A stretch of 64,000 nucleotides of DNA from Planctomycetota bacterium (GCA_038042195.1 JBBTET010000007.1:1-64000), one strand, 5' to 3'; positions 30,548 to 39,909 are shown, counted from the first letter of the stretch. Numbers and translations are program-made. The notes: generated from the letters alone by a model not told the origin.

Positions 30548-30982
30548 ATGAACGCGCCAAAACCAAACCGAGACGGTTGGATGACCGGGCCACTCGCGGA
30601 CGCGCCCGCTTGCCCTCCGTTCCCCGCATTCACAGACTTTGAGCGGCGAGCGCTGGATAGCATCGCGCCGCTGTTCGGCGATAAGGCAGATGCATTTCGT
30701 GAACAGGTCGCTTCTGCGGAAGTTGTGGACCGCATCAATACCATCGTGGGGTTTTACACGAGGGTGAAGGTGGATCGCGTCAGGTGTTCGCCGGTCCCCT
30801 TGAGCCAAGGGGATGCGCACTTTGAGGTTGAAGGAATTGAGCACGGACTTGGCATTATTGTTGGGATCAGGGACGGCGACGGCTATCTCGAAACTATCGA
30901 AGGCTGGACCGTAGGTGAGAATCCGCTTGAAGGGGTCGATCTTGCCGACCTAAAGTTCGTTCGGCCGACACAACTCGGTTAG
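30548..30982 (+). CDS. hypothetical protein (144 aa), partner of HNH gene
   Basis: No recognisable motif. 72 bp upstream of and co-oriented with the HNH gene. Confidence 0.45.
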   Translation: MNAPKPNRDGWMTGPLADAPACPPFPAFTDFERRALDSIAPLFGDKADAFREQVASAEVVDRINTIVGFYTRVKVDRVRCSPVPLSQGDAHFEVEGIEHGLGIIVGIRDGDGYLETIEGWTVGENPLEGVDLADLKFVRPTQLG

Positions 30983-31054
30983 GTCCGCTCTCGGCGAACA
31001 TCGCACATCCACGCCGTTCATCAGATCGAGGGTCTATCAGATGGAGTAAATGCG

Positions 31055-32254
31055 ATGGCCAAAAGGACGTCCAAGTTGAAGAGTCGCCAAGAAGGTCGCG
31101 GCATCGTGGACCGTTTGAGGAGAATTGGCCCCCTGGCTTCGAGTAATGGTTCAAAAGAACCGTCCCGTCCCACAGTGAAACGGCTGTTCGCCTTGTCTGG
31201 GAACCTCTGCGCCTTCCCAGAATGCTCGACGCCGTTGGTCGATCCTAAGTCCGGGTCAATTGTTGGTGAGATTTGCCACATCAAGGGTGACAAGCCTGGA
31301 GCCGCTCGATACGACGCTGCACAGACCAACGAGCAGCGTCACGGATTCGACAATCTCTTACTGCTCTGCAATGTCCATCACAAGATCGTTGATGACGACC
31401 ACACCGGGTACACCGCTGACCGACTGCTTCAGGTGAAGCAGCAACACGAATCTCGACACACCGGCCTGTCTCCTTTGGATGAGGCGACTGCCGAACGATT
31501 CATTACAGTGGCGATCTCCAATTGCGCGATGCAGGGGTCGGTTATCGCCAGTCACGGCCAGATGGGAGGCCAGACGGCACACACGATTCACAACCACTAC
31601 GGTTCGCCGACCATCGAGGAGGCTGTTCACCTCGAGGCGAAGTTGGACATGGCTAGCGATCTCCAACTCATCGGTGCCATCGGCTGCCCCGGCATGCGCC
31701 TAACAGTGATTTGCCGAAGTTCCCGCCCAGCCAAGATTCGATCCGCTCGTCTACTCATTGATGACGTAGACGTGGTGGGAAGATTGGAGCAGGGATTCGG
31801 CGCTGACTTCGGGCACACACCGTTGGAAGGGTCTACGCAGACGATGGACGTAACCCTCATTCCTCTCTCCCGACCGAACTCTCAGAAAGGTTACATTCTG
31901 AATCGGGATGATGTGGCTCGTTTCTTTTACCCCTTGCCAATGCCGCCAACCATGTTGGCACTCCGTACCAAGCCAGAAAACCTGTCAATTGCCGTCGAGT
32001 TCTTTGACGAGAGTGAACATGTCGTTCTGGCAGGCCAACCTATCAAGGACACCCTGGAAGGCGTCTTCCACATGTACCAGAAGAAACCCGGTTATCTGAA
32101 AGTGCCGATCACTATTGGTGTCAGAGTAAAGTCAATGTCGCCCCCTGGCCCGGAGATGGCCGACCTCCAAGGCAAGGTCAATCCAAACTACATTTTGTTC
32201 GCTAAGCCCGACGATAGTTCTTCACCGGCCAAATCGGAGGAGGGAAAGTTATGA
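31055..32254 (+). CDS. HNH-nuclease domain protein with about 270-aa C-terminal domain of unknown function
   Basis: CAFPECSTPLVDPKSGSIVGEICHIKGDKPGAARYD...NLLLLCNVHHKIVDDDH is a canonical HNH (Cys-His box) motif. C-terminal two-thirds is unrecognisable. Confidence 0.65.
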   Translation: MAKRTSKLKSRQEGRGIVDRLRRIGPLASSNGSKEPSRPTVKRLFALSGNLCAFPECSTPLVDPKSGSIVGEICHIKGDKPGAARYDAAQTNEQRHGFDNLLLLCNVHHKIVDDDHTGYTADRLLQVKQQHESRHTGLSPLDEATAERFITVAISNCAMQGSVIASHGQMGGQTAHTIHNHYGSPTIEEAVHLEAKLDMASDLQLIGAIGCPGMRLTVICRSSRPAKIRSARLLIDDVDVVGRLEQGFGADFGHTPLEGSTQTMDVTLIPLSRPNSQKGYILNRDDVARFFYPLPMPPTMLALRTKPENLSIAVEFFDESEHVVLAGQPIKDTLEGVFHMYQKKPGYLKVPITIGVRVKSMSPPGPEMADLQGKVNPNYILFAKPDDSSSPAKSEEGKL

Positions 32255-32432
32255 ACATCAGCGGAATCTGGGCGACAGTTTTGTAGCGTGGGTTGTACGC
32301 AACCCACCGCCTTTGACCATTCACAATCGACCAGTTGCGAACCAACGGCAATCTCACAGCCGGTGTTTTGGCTGTTGGACATTGTTCCGAATACCTAACC
32401 CCCACTCGGCCTCGCCCTTCGTCGAATCGATG

Positions 32433-33082
32433 CAATCCGCGGTCCAACTCCTTGCCTAACAAAGACCTATCACAACTCACAACCCTCCCGAAGCGATGAG
32501 CAAGATTGGTAGACGTGTACAGCCCAGCCCGGAAATTCCGCGCCCATCGACAACCAAGCCACGTTGGCGCTATCCCCATCGAGATAAAAAGCTCGGCGAC
32601 AATAAATCACCACTCAAAAATCTGCGCCAATCTGCGAAATCTGTGGTTACATATTCCAAGTCGCAACTCCCTCACCCACGAAGACTTACGCGATCTTCAG
32701 ACAAACTGCCGCAATTCCCCGCAACCCAAACCGTCCCCTCGAAAAAAATCTCAAAATTCCCCTTGCCCCCGCCCACCCGCGTGCTATATTAGTTAGGTAC
32801 AAGTTAGTACCGCCCGTTTAGCCGGCCGGGCGTACGCGCCGTCTTACTGCCGCACGAAAGGAGGCCCCCCAATGCCCGCGTTGCAAAGCAACCCCTTCCT
32901 CCCTTCTGAGCCGCAGTTTACCCGCCGCGGCGGGTGCCTTCATTCCCAACCCAATCCGCGTCGTCCGCGAAATCTGCGGTTTCTCTTCTCCCCCCGCGAA
33001 AAACTGCAAACGGTTTGTGCGATTTTGCGGGCGAAAACAGCGATTTGCGGCAATTTGCGGCCCCTCTTTTTTCCACAATCAG
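32433..33082. repeat. non-coding repeat element copy A (mosaic, about 650 bp) with internal short tandem repeats
   Basis: Collinear anchors match the reverse complement of 50834..51260: 32433-32518 vs 51171-51260 (roughly 80% identity); 32613-32646 vs 50979-51007; 32947-33082 vs 50834-50962. Internal STRs TCTGCG..AATCTGCGAAATCTG and 3x TTGCGG(C). Confidence 0.8.
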
Positions 33083-33978
33083 TTGCCGCGACCGGCCCCT
33101 GAATCGGGAACCGCGCTCGCCGTCGCGCGTCCTCGGAGTCGGCCGGGAAACACCCACTTGGCCCCCAGCGCCCCCGCATACCCCGGCCCCGCGAGCACGA
33201 TGGTGGTCGCCCCCGCCGGTAGGCTTGGTGAGTAGCTGATCGCCAGCCCGCCCGAAGTGAGGCCGATCCCAATGAGCGTCGAGATCACCATCATTTGGAA
33301 CAGCGTTCGCGCGAAGAACCCCGCCACCGCCGCCGGCAGCGTGAGCAGGGCGATCACCATGATGATGCCGACCACCTTGAGGAGCACAACCACGGTGAGC
33401 GCCGTGAGCACGAGCAGCATAAGGTAGTACAGCTCCACGCGAATCCCGCGCAGCCGGGCGAACTCCTCGTCGAAGCAGACCGCGAGGAATCGGTCGTAGA
33501 AGAGAAGACCGAGCGTCACGATCACCGCGTCCAGCGCCGCCGTCAGCCACAAGTCCTGCGGCGACACGAGCAGGATGCTGCCGAACAGATAGCCCGTCAG
33601 GTCTTCGTTGTAGCCCGGCGTCTGCGAGATGTAGAGCACGCCGATGGCCATGCCGACCGACCAGATGGCGCTGATGACCGTGTCCTCGCGCTGTTTGGCC
33701 CGAAGGCTCACCCACCCGATGATCATCGCCGACGCCACGGCCGCGACCGACGCCCCAAGGAGCGGATGGCACCACGCCCAGCCGTGCGTGACCTGGTAGT
33801 ACTTCGCCGCGCCGAGTCCGCCGAGCACGCAATGGGCCACGGCCCCGGCAATGGACGTGATTCGTCGACTCACGACGTACGTCCCGATCACGCCGCATGC
33901 GATGCTGGCGAGGATGCCCATGAGCAGGGCATTCTGCAGGAGAGGCAGCGTTCGCAGGGCTTGGAAGAACTCGGTCAT
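33079..33978 (-). CDS. znuB: zinc/manganese ABC transporter permease
   Basis: ABC-3 family permease, multi-TM (MGILASIACGVIGTYVV...). Confidence 0.75.
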   Translation of the reverse strand: MTEFFQALRTLPLLQNALLMGILASIACGVIGTYVVSRRITSIAGAVAHCVLGGLGAAKYYQVTHGWAWCHPLLGASVAAVASAMIIGWVSLRAKQREDTVISAIWSVGMAIGVLYISQTPGYNEDLTGYLFGSILLVSPQDLWLTAALDAVIVTLGLLFYDRFLAVCFDEEFARLRGIRVELYYLMLLVLTALTVVVLLKVVGIIMVIALLTLPAAVAGFFARTLFQMMVISTLIGIGLTSGGLAISYSPSLPAGATTIVLAGPGYAGALGAKWVFPGRLRGRATASAVPDSGAGRGN

Positions 33979-33993
33979 GGATGCATTGTGCCT

Positions 33994-34776
33994 TTAATGA
34001 TGATGGTGTCCGTCGTGATCGTGGTGATGGTGATGCACCATGGCCACGTCGCTGCCATAGAGTTCGGCGATGGTCTTGCCGCTGAGGGCGCTGGCCGGGT
34101 GCTCGGAGACCGTACGGTTCACGCAGACCACCGTCCGCACGAAGGTGGAGACGAACCCGACATCGTGCGAGACGAGCACGACGGTGAGACGTTTGCTCAA
34201 TTCCGTCAGCAAGTCATAAAAATTATCCTGCACCGCCATGTCGAGGTTCGAGGTCGGTTCATCGAGCAGCAGCAACTCCGGCTCGCAGGCCAGCGCCCGC
34301 GCGATGAGTACGCGCTGGCGTTGTCCGCCGGAGAGCGCTGAGAAGGGCCGCTTGTAATACGCATCGAGGCGCACTTCCTTCAGCGACTGCATGGCGACAT
34401 CCACATCATGCCGACGATACGGGCCGATGGGTGAGCCGGTCCCCAGCCGCCCCATGAGCACGACATCCATGACATCAACGGGAAAATGCGGATCGAGCTG
34501 TGCGTACTGCGGCATGTAGCCGACGCGCCGTCGAGCCTTTTCCGGCGGCAGACCGAACACGCGAATCATCCCGCGCCTCGGTTGCAGCAATCCGAGGATC
34601 AGCTTGAGCAGCGTTGTCTTGCCGCCGCCGTTGGGCCCGACGAAGCTGACCAGGTCGCGTTCCCCGATGACGAGGTTGACGTTCTCCAGCACCAGGTCGG
34701 CGTCGTAGCCGAAGTCGAGGCCGGTGGCGGAAATGACGCTGCCCTCAGCCACGAGTCGCCTCCCGTGACTGACCAA
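33994..34776 (-). CDS. znuC: zinc ABC transporter ATP-binding protein with His-rich C-terminal tail
   Basis: Walker A GPNGGGKTTLLK, signature LSGGQRQRV, Walker B LLLDEP. C-terminus MVHHHHHDHDGHHHH. True start probably internal (32-nt overlap with znuA). Confidence 0.75.
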   Translation of the reverse strand: MVSHGRRLVAEGSVISATGLDFGYDADLVLENVNLVIGERDLVSFVGPNGGGKTTLLKLILGLLQPRRGMIRVFGLPPEKARRRVGYMPQYAQLDPHFPVDVMDVVLMGRLGTGSPIGPYRRHDVDVAMQSLKEVRLDAYYKRPFSALSGGQRQRVLIARALACEPELLLLDEPTSNLDMAVQDNFYDLLTELSKRLTVVLVSHDVGFVSTFVRTVVCVNRTVSEHPASALSGKTIAELYGSDVAMVHHHHHDHDGHHHH

Positions 34777-35668
34777 GTGCCTTGCTCACCTCGCGGGCCA
34801 TGGATTCCATGTTGCTCAGGTAGTCCACCGCCATGGGGTCGAGCGGCACCACCGCGCCGCCGATGGCGTCTGCGATGATCTTGGCCCCCGCCGTCGGGAA
34901 CTGTGGCTGCACGAAGATGAGCTTCACGCCGGCCTGCTTGGCGCGGTTGATGAGGCTGTCGATCCGTTTCATGCTCGGCTCCTTGCCCTCCTCCTCGACG
35001 GCGACCTGTTTCAGGCCGTAGGCGTCGGCAAAGTAGCCATAGGCCGGGTGAAAGACGAAGAACTCGCGGCCCTTCAATGGGGCAAGTACCTGCGTGAGTT
35101 TCCCGTCGAGCGCGGTAAGGTCGGCTTCGAATGCCTTCAGGTTGGCATCGAACTCCGCTCGATGTTCCGGAGCAACAGCGCACAACCCGTCGCGAATGTT
35201 CCGAGCCTGAAGCATGACCAGCTTGGGGTCGAGCCAGATGTGCGGGTCTTTGGAGCCTTCGTGTGAATGATCGTGCCCTTCCTCGTGGCAGGCCTCAGCC
35301 GCATCGCGAAGGCGCACGCCCTGCGACGTGTCAATGATGCGCAGGTCACCGATGGAACTCTGAATCTTGTCGATCAGGCCGCGCTCAATGGGCAGGCCGA
35401 TCCGAAAGAAAACTCGGGCGCTGGATAACTCCTGAATCTGACGCGGCGTTGGTTCGTAGCTGTGATGTGATTGCCCCGGACCGACGAGGATACCGACATC
35501 GACTCGATCACCACCGACGCGCTTCACAAAGTACGACTGCGGCGCGATGGTGACGAAGACTTTCATCACGCCGGGTCGGGTCGTCGTCAGCGGTCGCGGG
35601 GTCGCGTCGCAGGCCGTGCCGAGGAACAGCGCGACAATGGAACAGGCGAAGTTTTTTTTCGTCGGCAT
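34745..35668 (-). CDS. znuA: periplasmic zinc-binding protein of ABC transporter (ZnuA/TroA family)
   Basis: Signal/lipobox region. ZnuA-like His-rich metal site (HDHSHEGSKDPHIWLDP). Confidence 0.75.
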   Translation of the reverse strand: MPTKKNFACSIVALFLGTACDATPRPLTTTRPGVMKVFVTIAPQSYFVKRVGGDRVDVGILVGPGQSHHSYEPTPRQIQELSSARVFFRIGLPIERGLIDKIQSSIGDLRIIDTSQGVRLRDAAEACHEEGHDHSHEGSKDPHIWLDPKLVMLQARNIRDGLCAVAPEHRAEFDANLKAFEADLTALDGKLTQVLAPLKGREFFVFHPAYGYFADAYGLKQVAVEEEGKEPSMKRIDSLINRAKQAGVKLIFVQPQFPTAGAKIIADAIGGAVVPLDPMAVDYLSNMESMAREVSKALGQSREATRG

Positions 35669-35715
35669 GGTCGGCGTCGGTTTCCGGCATCATTGCTGCG
35701 GCGTGACTCACAGGA

Positions 35716-35732
35716 GTATTACATTGTAATAC
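35716..35732. promoter_or_regulatory. candidate Zur operator (perfect 8-1-8 palindrome) upstream of znuA
   Basis: GTATTACA-T-TGTAATAC, 48-64 bp upstream of the znuA start. AT-rich palindrome of the Fur/Zur-box type in an otherwise GC-rich region. Confidence 0.5.
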
Positions 35733-35912
35733 ACGCCGGTCAACGCCGCGATTCCACAAGACACCCGACGTGCCGAGTGGGTCCGAATAACAAAGTTGCT
35801 CGTGGTGTAAAAAAGCCGAAACGGGCCGGCCATCGCCGTAACCCGTTTCAACCGCACATCCATGTGGAGGAGAGAGAACCGCCGTGATACGCATCACGGC
35901 GTAAGGAGTATG

Positions 35913-36194
35913 TTACAAAGCCGCGAGTACTTTCTCCGTCGCGACGATCAGTTTCTCATCTGTTTCATACGTCCCCTGCTCAATCTGGTTCCGGACGGCG
36001 ACGATTCGCCTGGCCCGGGATTCGGGCAGTTCGGCCAGTTGATTCAGGAAGGTGGCCAACTCGGAGATTTCGACGCGATCATCGAGGGTGGCCGTGGAAC
36101 CGCCCAAGTCTGTCGAGCGGCGGAGCGACTGATTGACGAACTCGCGCAACGTTCCTGACGTTGCCGTGGTTCCCAGTGAGTTGATATCGTTCAT
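35913..36194 (-). CDS. flgM: anti-sigma-28 factor FlgM
   Basis: MNDINSLGTT...C-terminal RIVAVRNQIEQGTYETDEKLIVATEKVLAAL matches the FlgM C-terminal helix region. Confidence 0.65.
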   Translation of the reverse strand: MNDINSLGTTATSGTLREFVNQSLRRSTDLGGSTATLDDRVEISELATFLNQLAELPESRARRIVAVRNQIEQGTYETDEKLIVATEKVLAAL

Positions 36195-36653
36195 CGTTGA
36201 CCTCTCTTCGCTCCGTTCTAGGACTCCATCCCCAAGCTACGGAGCAGACTCGTTACTGGTTCGCACCGCCAAGACTGAAATCGGACTTTTCTTCTCAGAC
36301 GTTCTTGGCGGCGAGCTACCAGGGCTGTTTCTCAATACTGTCTTCACTCCTAATATCGGCATGGCCGGTAGCACCCCATCACGAAATCCACCACTGCCAC
36401 AACATCTAGCGAATGCAGAACTTGCGCAGCGTGACCATATCTAAAGCAGTTTCTGCGCGATTATCGGGCTATTGATGGAATCCCCCGCAAATAAGACACT
36501 TATGGACGAGCGGCCACAAACACAGCCTGTGAGTTTTGCCGGTGCTCGTTTTTGGACCTCTCCATATGTAGTGGTATGCACTTCAACGGGGACCGATTGA
36601 ATCCCCGACATTCCTGTGTCCGTGCGACGCTGCAACAAAGGTATAATCGCCCC

Positions 36654-37988
36654 ATGGCCAATCCATTGCCCACCTCCGAACGGGCCGCGCAGCTCGCGGC
36701 GAACTTCGCGGAACTCGAACCGCGCTACACGCCTGACGAGTCTGTCGCAGAGGCATCGCGGTGTTTGTTTTGTTACGACGCACCTTGCACCCGTGCCTGC
36801 CCGACGCACATCGACGTGCCGAAGTTCATCCGCCAGATACTGCACAAGAGTCCGGTCGGGGCGGCCGAGACGATTCTCGCATCCAACATCTTCGGCGGCT
36901 CGTGCGCGCGGGCCTGTCCCACCGAAGTCCTTTGCGAAGGCGCGTGCGTTGACAACACGCTGCTTAAGGAGCCGGTGCGCATCGGCCGGCTTCAGCGCTT
37001 CGCATGCGACGTGGCCACGGACAAAGGCATCTCATTCTTCGAGGCTGCGCCACCCACGGGGAAGAAGGTCGCCATCATCGGCGCGGGGCCGGCCGGCCTG
37101 ACCTGCGCCCATGAGCTTCGCAAGCGCGGCCACGGCGTCACCATTTTTGAAGCACGCGAGATGCCCGGCGGCATCAACACCTACGGCATCGCGTATTACA
37201 AGTACGGCACGAAGTTCGCGCTCGGTGAAGTTGAGCGCGTCATGCAGATCGGCGGCATCGACCTTCGCCTCAACTCGCCCGTCAGCGGCGCGCAGATCGC
37301 GCAACTCATCCACGATCACGACGCCGTCTTTCTTGCGCTCGGCCTTGGGAAAACGTCGTCGCTCGGCATCGACGGCGAGACACTCTCCGGCGTGTGGGAG
37401 GCCCTCGACTTTATTTTTCAGACGCACATGATGCCGTTGGAGAAATGTGAGATCGGTCGCCGCGTCATCGTCATCGGCGGCGGCAACACGGCCGTCGACG
37501 TCGCCACGGCGGCGGTGCGACTCGGCGCGGAGCATGTCACCATCGCCTATCGACGCACGGCCGAGGCGATGCCGGCGTTCGCCTATGAATACGAACTTGC
37601 CAAGTCTGACGGTATCCATTGGGAGTTCTCAGCGGCTCCGCTTCGCATCGTCGGCGACGGCGGCCGGGCGACCGGAGTGGAGTTTGCCCGCACGAAGCTC
37701 GTCGGCGAGGGGCGTGATGCGAAACTTGAACACGTCCCCGGCGCGAACTTCACGCTGCACGCCGACATGATCATCAAGGCCCTCGGCCAGGAGCCGCTCG
37801 TCGAACTGGTCGCGGCCTTGCCGAGTTTGAAGGTGCAGAAGGGGCGAATCATCGTGGACCCATCGACCGGGGCGACGAGCGTCCCAAAGCTTTTCGCCGG
37901 CGGCGACTGCACGAGCAAGGGTGCGGAAGTCGTGGACGCCGTGCAGGAAGGCAAGATCGCGGCGGCCGGTATTCATGCGGCGATGTGA
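36654..37988 (+). CDS. NAD(P)H-dependent glutamate synthase small-subunit-like FAD/4Fe-4S oxidoreductase (GltD/PreT family)
   Basis: Two Cys clusters (CLFCYDAPCTRACP, CARACP...CEGAC) then FAD/NAD Rossmann motifs (VAIIGAGPAGL, VIVIGGGNTAVD). Start moved to ATG 36654, which is preceded by TATAAT. Confidence 0.75.
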   Translation: MANPLPTSERAAQLAANFAELEPRYTPDESVAEASRCLFCYDAPCTRACPTHIDVPKFIRQILHKSPVGAAETILASNIFGGSCARACPTEVLCEGACVDNTLLKEPVRIGRLQRFACDVATDKGISFFEAAPPTGKKVAIIGAGPAGLTCAHELRKRGHGVTIFEAREMPGGINTYGIAYYKYGTKFALGEVERVMQIGGIDLRLNSPVSGAQIAQLIHDHDAVFLALGLGKTSSLGIDGETLSGVWEALDFIFQTHMMPLEKCEIGRRVIVIGGGNTAVDVATAAVRLGAEHVTIAYRRTAEAMPAFAYEYELAKSDGIHWEFSAAPLRIVGDGGRATGVEFARTKLVGEGRDAKLEHVPGANFTLHADMIIKALGQEPLVELVAALPSLKVQKGRIIVDPSTGATSVPKLFAGGDCTSKGAEVVDAVQEGKIAAAGIHAAM

Positions 37989-38061
37989 CTGTTCTGGAGC
38001 GATCAGCGACCCCTACTACGTTGACGAAACCGCCTTCCAACGCTCTAATAAAGGACATCAC

Positions 38062-38134
38062 AGCGGCGTAGCTCAGTTGGCAGAGCAAGGGATTCATAAG
38101 CCCTGGGTCGCCGGTTCAACTCCGGCCGCCGCTA
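38062..38134 (+). tRNA. tRNA with CAT anticodon (Met or Ile2-lysidine type; identity ambiguous)
   Basis: Acceptor AGCGGCG/CGCCGCT, D-arm GCTC-AGTTGGCAGA-GAGC, anticodon loop TTCATAA with GGG/CCC in the stem, T-arm GCCGG-TTCAACT-CCGGC. A1:U72 paired, so not a classical initiator. The T-arm resembles ileX-type. Confidence 0.8.
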
Positions 38135-38224
38135 GTTTCTTAAATTGACACCAAGTCGCTGGTGAGGCGGCAATACTCCGTATCGGTTGGCGTTTGGCTG
38201 GTCAGGGGGAGGAGTCGGGAATCC

Positions 38225-39382
38225 ATGACCAATCCGCGCACTCTGAATGCCCTTGCCTGTAGCCTGTCGTTCATGATTCTCTCGCGCACTGCTTCCGCTC
38301 AAGTGACGCCGACCTTTAACGATGTGATCTTCGCCACTGTCCCGCGCGATGCCGGTGGAACTGTTGACGTCATGCTCGACATTTATCTTCCCGCGACCGG
38401 TGGACCGTGGCCGCTCGTCCTTTGGATTCATGGCGGCGGTTGGCAAGGCGGCACGCATAACGGGGCACCAGGATCAACAAGTCTCTTTCTCAACTCCGGG
38501 ATCGCCGTCGCCAGCACAAGCTACCGCCTGAGCGGGGATGCCATCTTTCCCGCGCAGATTCATGACGTGAAAGGCGCGGTGCGCTACCTGCGCGCCAATG
38601 CCGCGACATACAACCTCGACCCCACGCGATTTGGCTGTTGGGGAAGCTCGGCCGGCGGGCATCTCTCGGCTCTACTTGCCACATCCGGCAATGTGGCCGC
38701 GTTGGAAGGAACCTCCGGCGGCAATCTCGGCTTCTCCAGTCGCGTGCAGGCGGCGGCGGATTACTTCGGGCCGACAGATATTCTGCACATGAATGAGGAC
38801 ATCACCACGCCGCCGGGTGGATTCGACCATGACGATCCGAATTCCCCTGAATCAAACCTTGTGGGCTGGGATGATCCCGGACAAGGACTCGCGGACATCA
38901 AAGCGAATCTATCCAATCCGAATCCCCCGTACCCGGCGCTGGTGGCGCTCTGCAATCAGGTGAACCCCCTCACGTGGCTCTCCGCCGATGATCCCCCGAT
39001 CTTCATCGGCCACGGAACGAACGATTCATCCGTCCCGATGAATCAAAGTGTGCGATTGGCCGACGCGATGTTGAGCAATGCCCTGTTCCACGATTTTCGC
39101 ATCATCCCCGCGGCGGGCCACGGCTTCCTTGGTGCCGACACGGAGGTGTCAGTGCGGAGTTTCTTCATTGCTCAGTTCACTGACCCGGTGGTGACCGGTG
39201 ACGCTGATTGCAATGGAGTTTTGGATATGGCCGACCTCGCCCACTTTGCTCAACGACTTGTGAATCCCGCCGGCTACGACGCAGCCCATCTGGGTTGCAA
39301 CACGATCAACTGCGACATCAATCACGACGGCCGCACCGACGGACGTGATGTGAACGCGATGATCGACCTGCTGATGCCTTAG
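38225..39382 (+). CDS. secreted alpha/beta-hydrolase (esterase/lipase, HGGG type) with C-terminal dockerin-like module
   Basis: Signal peptide. HGGGWQGG oxyanion motif. GSSAGGHL nucleophile elbow. C-terminal DCNGVLDMADL...DINHDGRTDGRDVNAMIDLL (two dockerin-type Ca loops). Confidence 0.7.
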   Translation: MTNPRTLNALACSLSFMILSRTASAQVTPTFNDVIFATVPRDAGGTVDVMLDIYLPATGGPWPLVLWIHGGGWQGGTHNGAPGSTSLFLNSGIAVASTSYRLSGDAIFPAQIHDVKGAVRYLRANAATYNLDPTRFGCWGSSAGGHLSALLATSGNVAALEGTSGGNLGFSSRVQAAADYFGPTDILHMNEDITTPPGGFDHDDPNSPESNLVGWDDPGQGLADIKANLSNPNPPYPALVALCNQVNPLTWLSADDPPIFIGHGTNDSSVPMNQSVRLADAMLSNALFHDFRIIPAAGHGFLGADTEVSVRSFFIAQFTDPVVTGDADCNGVLDMADLAHFAQRLVNPAGYDAAHLGCNTINCDINHDGRTDGRDVNAMIDLLMP

Positions 39383-39386
39383 CTCG

Positions 39387-39854
39387 TTATGTCAGTTTCA
39401 ATTCCAAGTAGCGCACGCCCGGAATCGGGTTGTAGACATACGGCTCCGTGTCCTTGAAGCCCAACGCCTCATAGATGCGAATCGCCGATTGCATGGTCGG
39501 CACGGTATCGAGCCGCATTTGCGTGTATTCCGCGAACTTCGCTTCATCGATGATCGTGTTCGCCATGGCCTCGCCGATTCGCTTTCCGCGAAAGGCCGGA
39601 CGAACGTAGAACCGCTTCATCTCGCATATGCCGTCGCCCAGCTTCTTCATTGCCACGCAGCCGGCCACGTCGTCGGCCCACCGCGCTATGAGAATGCGGC
39701 CATCCGGCGGTGCATAGAACCCCGGCAATTCCGCCATCTCCCGGTCGAAGTCCTGGAAGCACAGATGAAACCCCAGCGACTCGGCATACTCGCGGAAGAG
39801 CACACGAATGTGCGACAGGTCCGGTTCATCGTGTGCCGCGGTGATTTGCAACAT
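39387..39854 (-). CDS. GNAT family N-acetyltransferase
   Basis: Acetyl-CoA binding motif RGKRIGEAMANTII. Confidence 0.7.
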   Translation of the reverse strand: MLQITAAHDEPDLSHIRVLFREYAESLGFHLCFQDFDREMAELPGFYAPPDGRILIARWADDVAGCVAMKKLGDGICEMKRFYVRPAFRGKRIGEAMANTIIDEAKFAEYTQMRLDTVPTMQSAIRIYEALGFKDTEPYVYNPIPGVRYLELKLT

Positions 39855-39909
39855 GAACTCGCCTCACGCCTTCGTCCTTGACCGCGCCTCTGGTAAACTT
39901 GCGATCCGT

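Noticed and set aside
32872-33102. 76-aa ORF with near-perfect RBS AAAGGAGG inside repeat A
   Set aside because: Arg/Pro-rich. Not conserved in the homologous copy B, where the corresponding ATG is followed by a stop after 3 codons. Likely coincidental.
33295-34341. 348-aa + strand His/Arg/Glu/Asp-rich ORF
   Set aside because: Antisense to znuB/znuC, which have clear ABC transporter motifs.
36441-36845. 134-aa minus-strand ORF in the flgM/gltD-like divergent intergenic region
   Set aside because: Overlaps the start of the gltD-like gene in antisense. Arg-rich.
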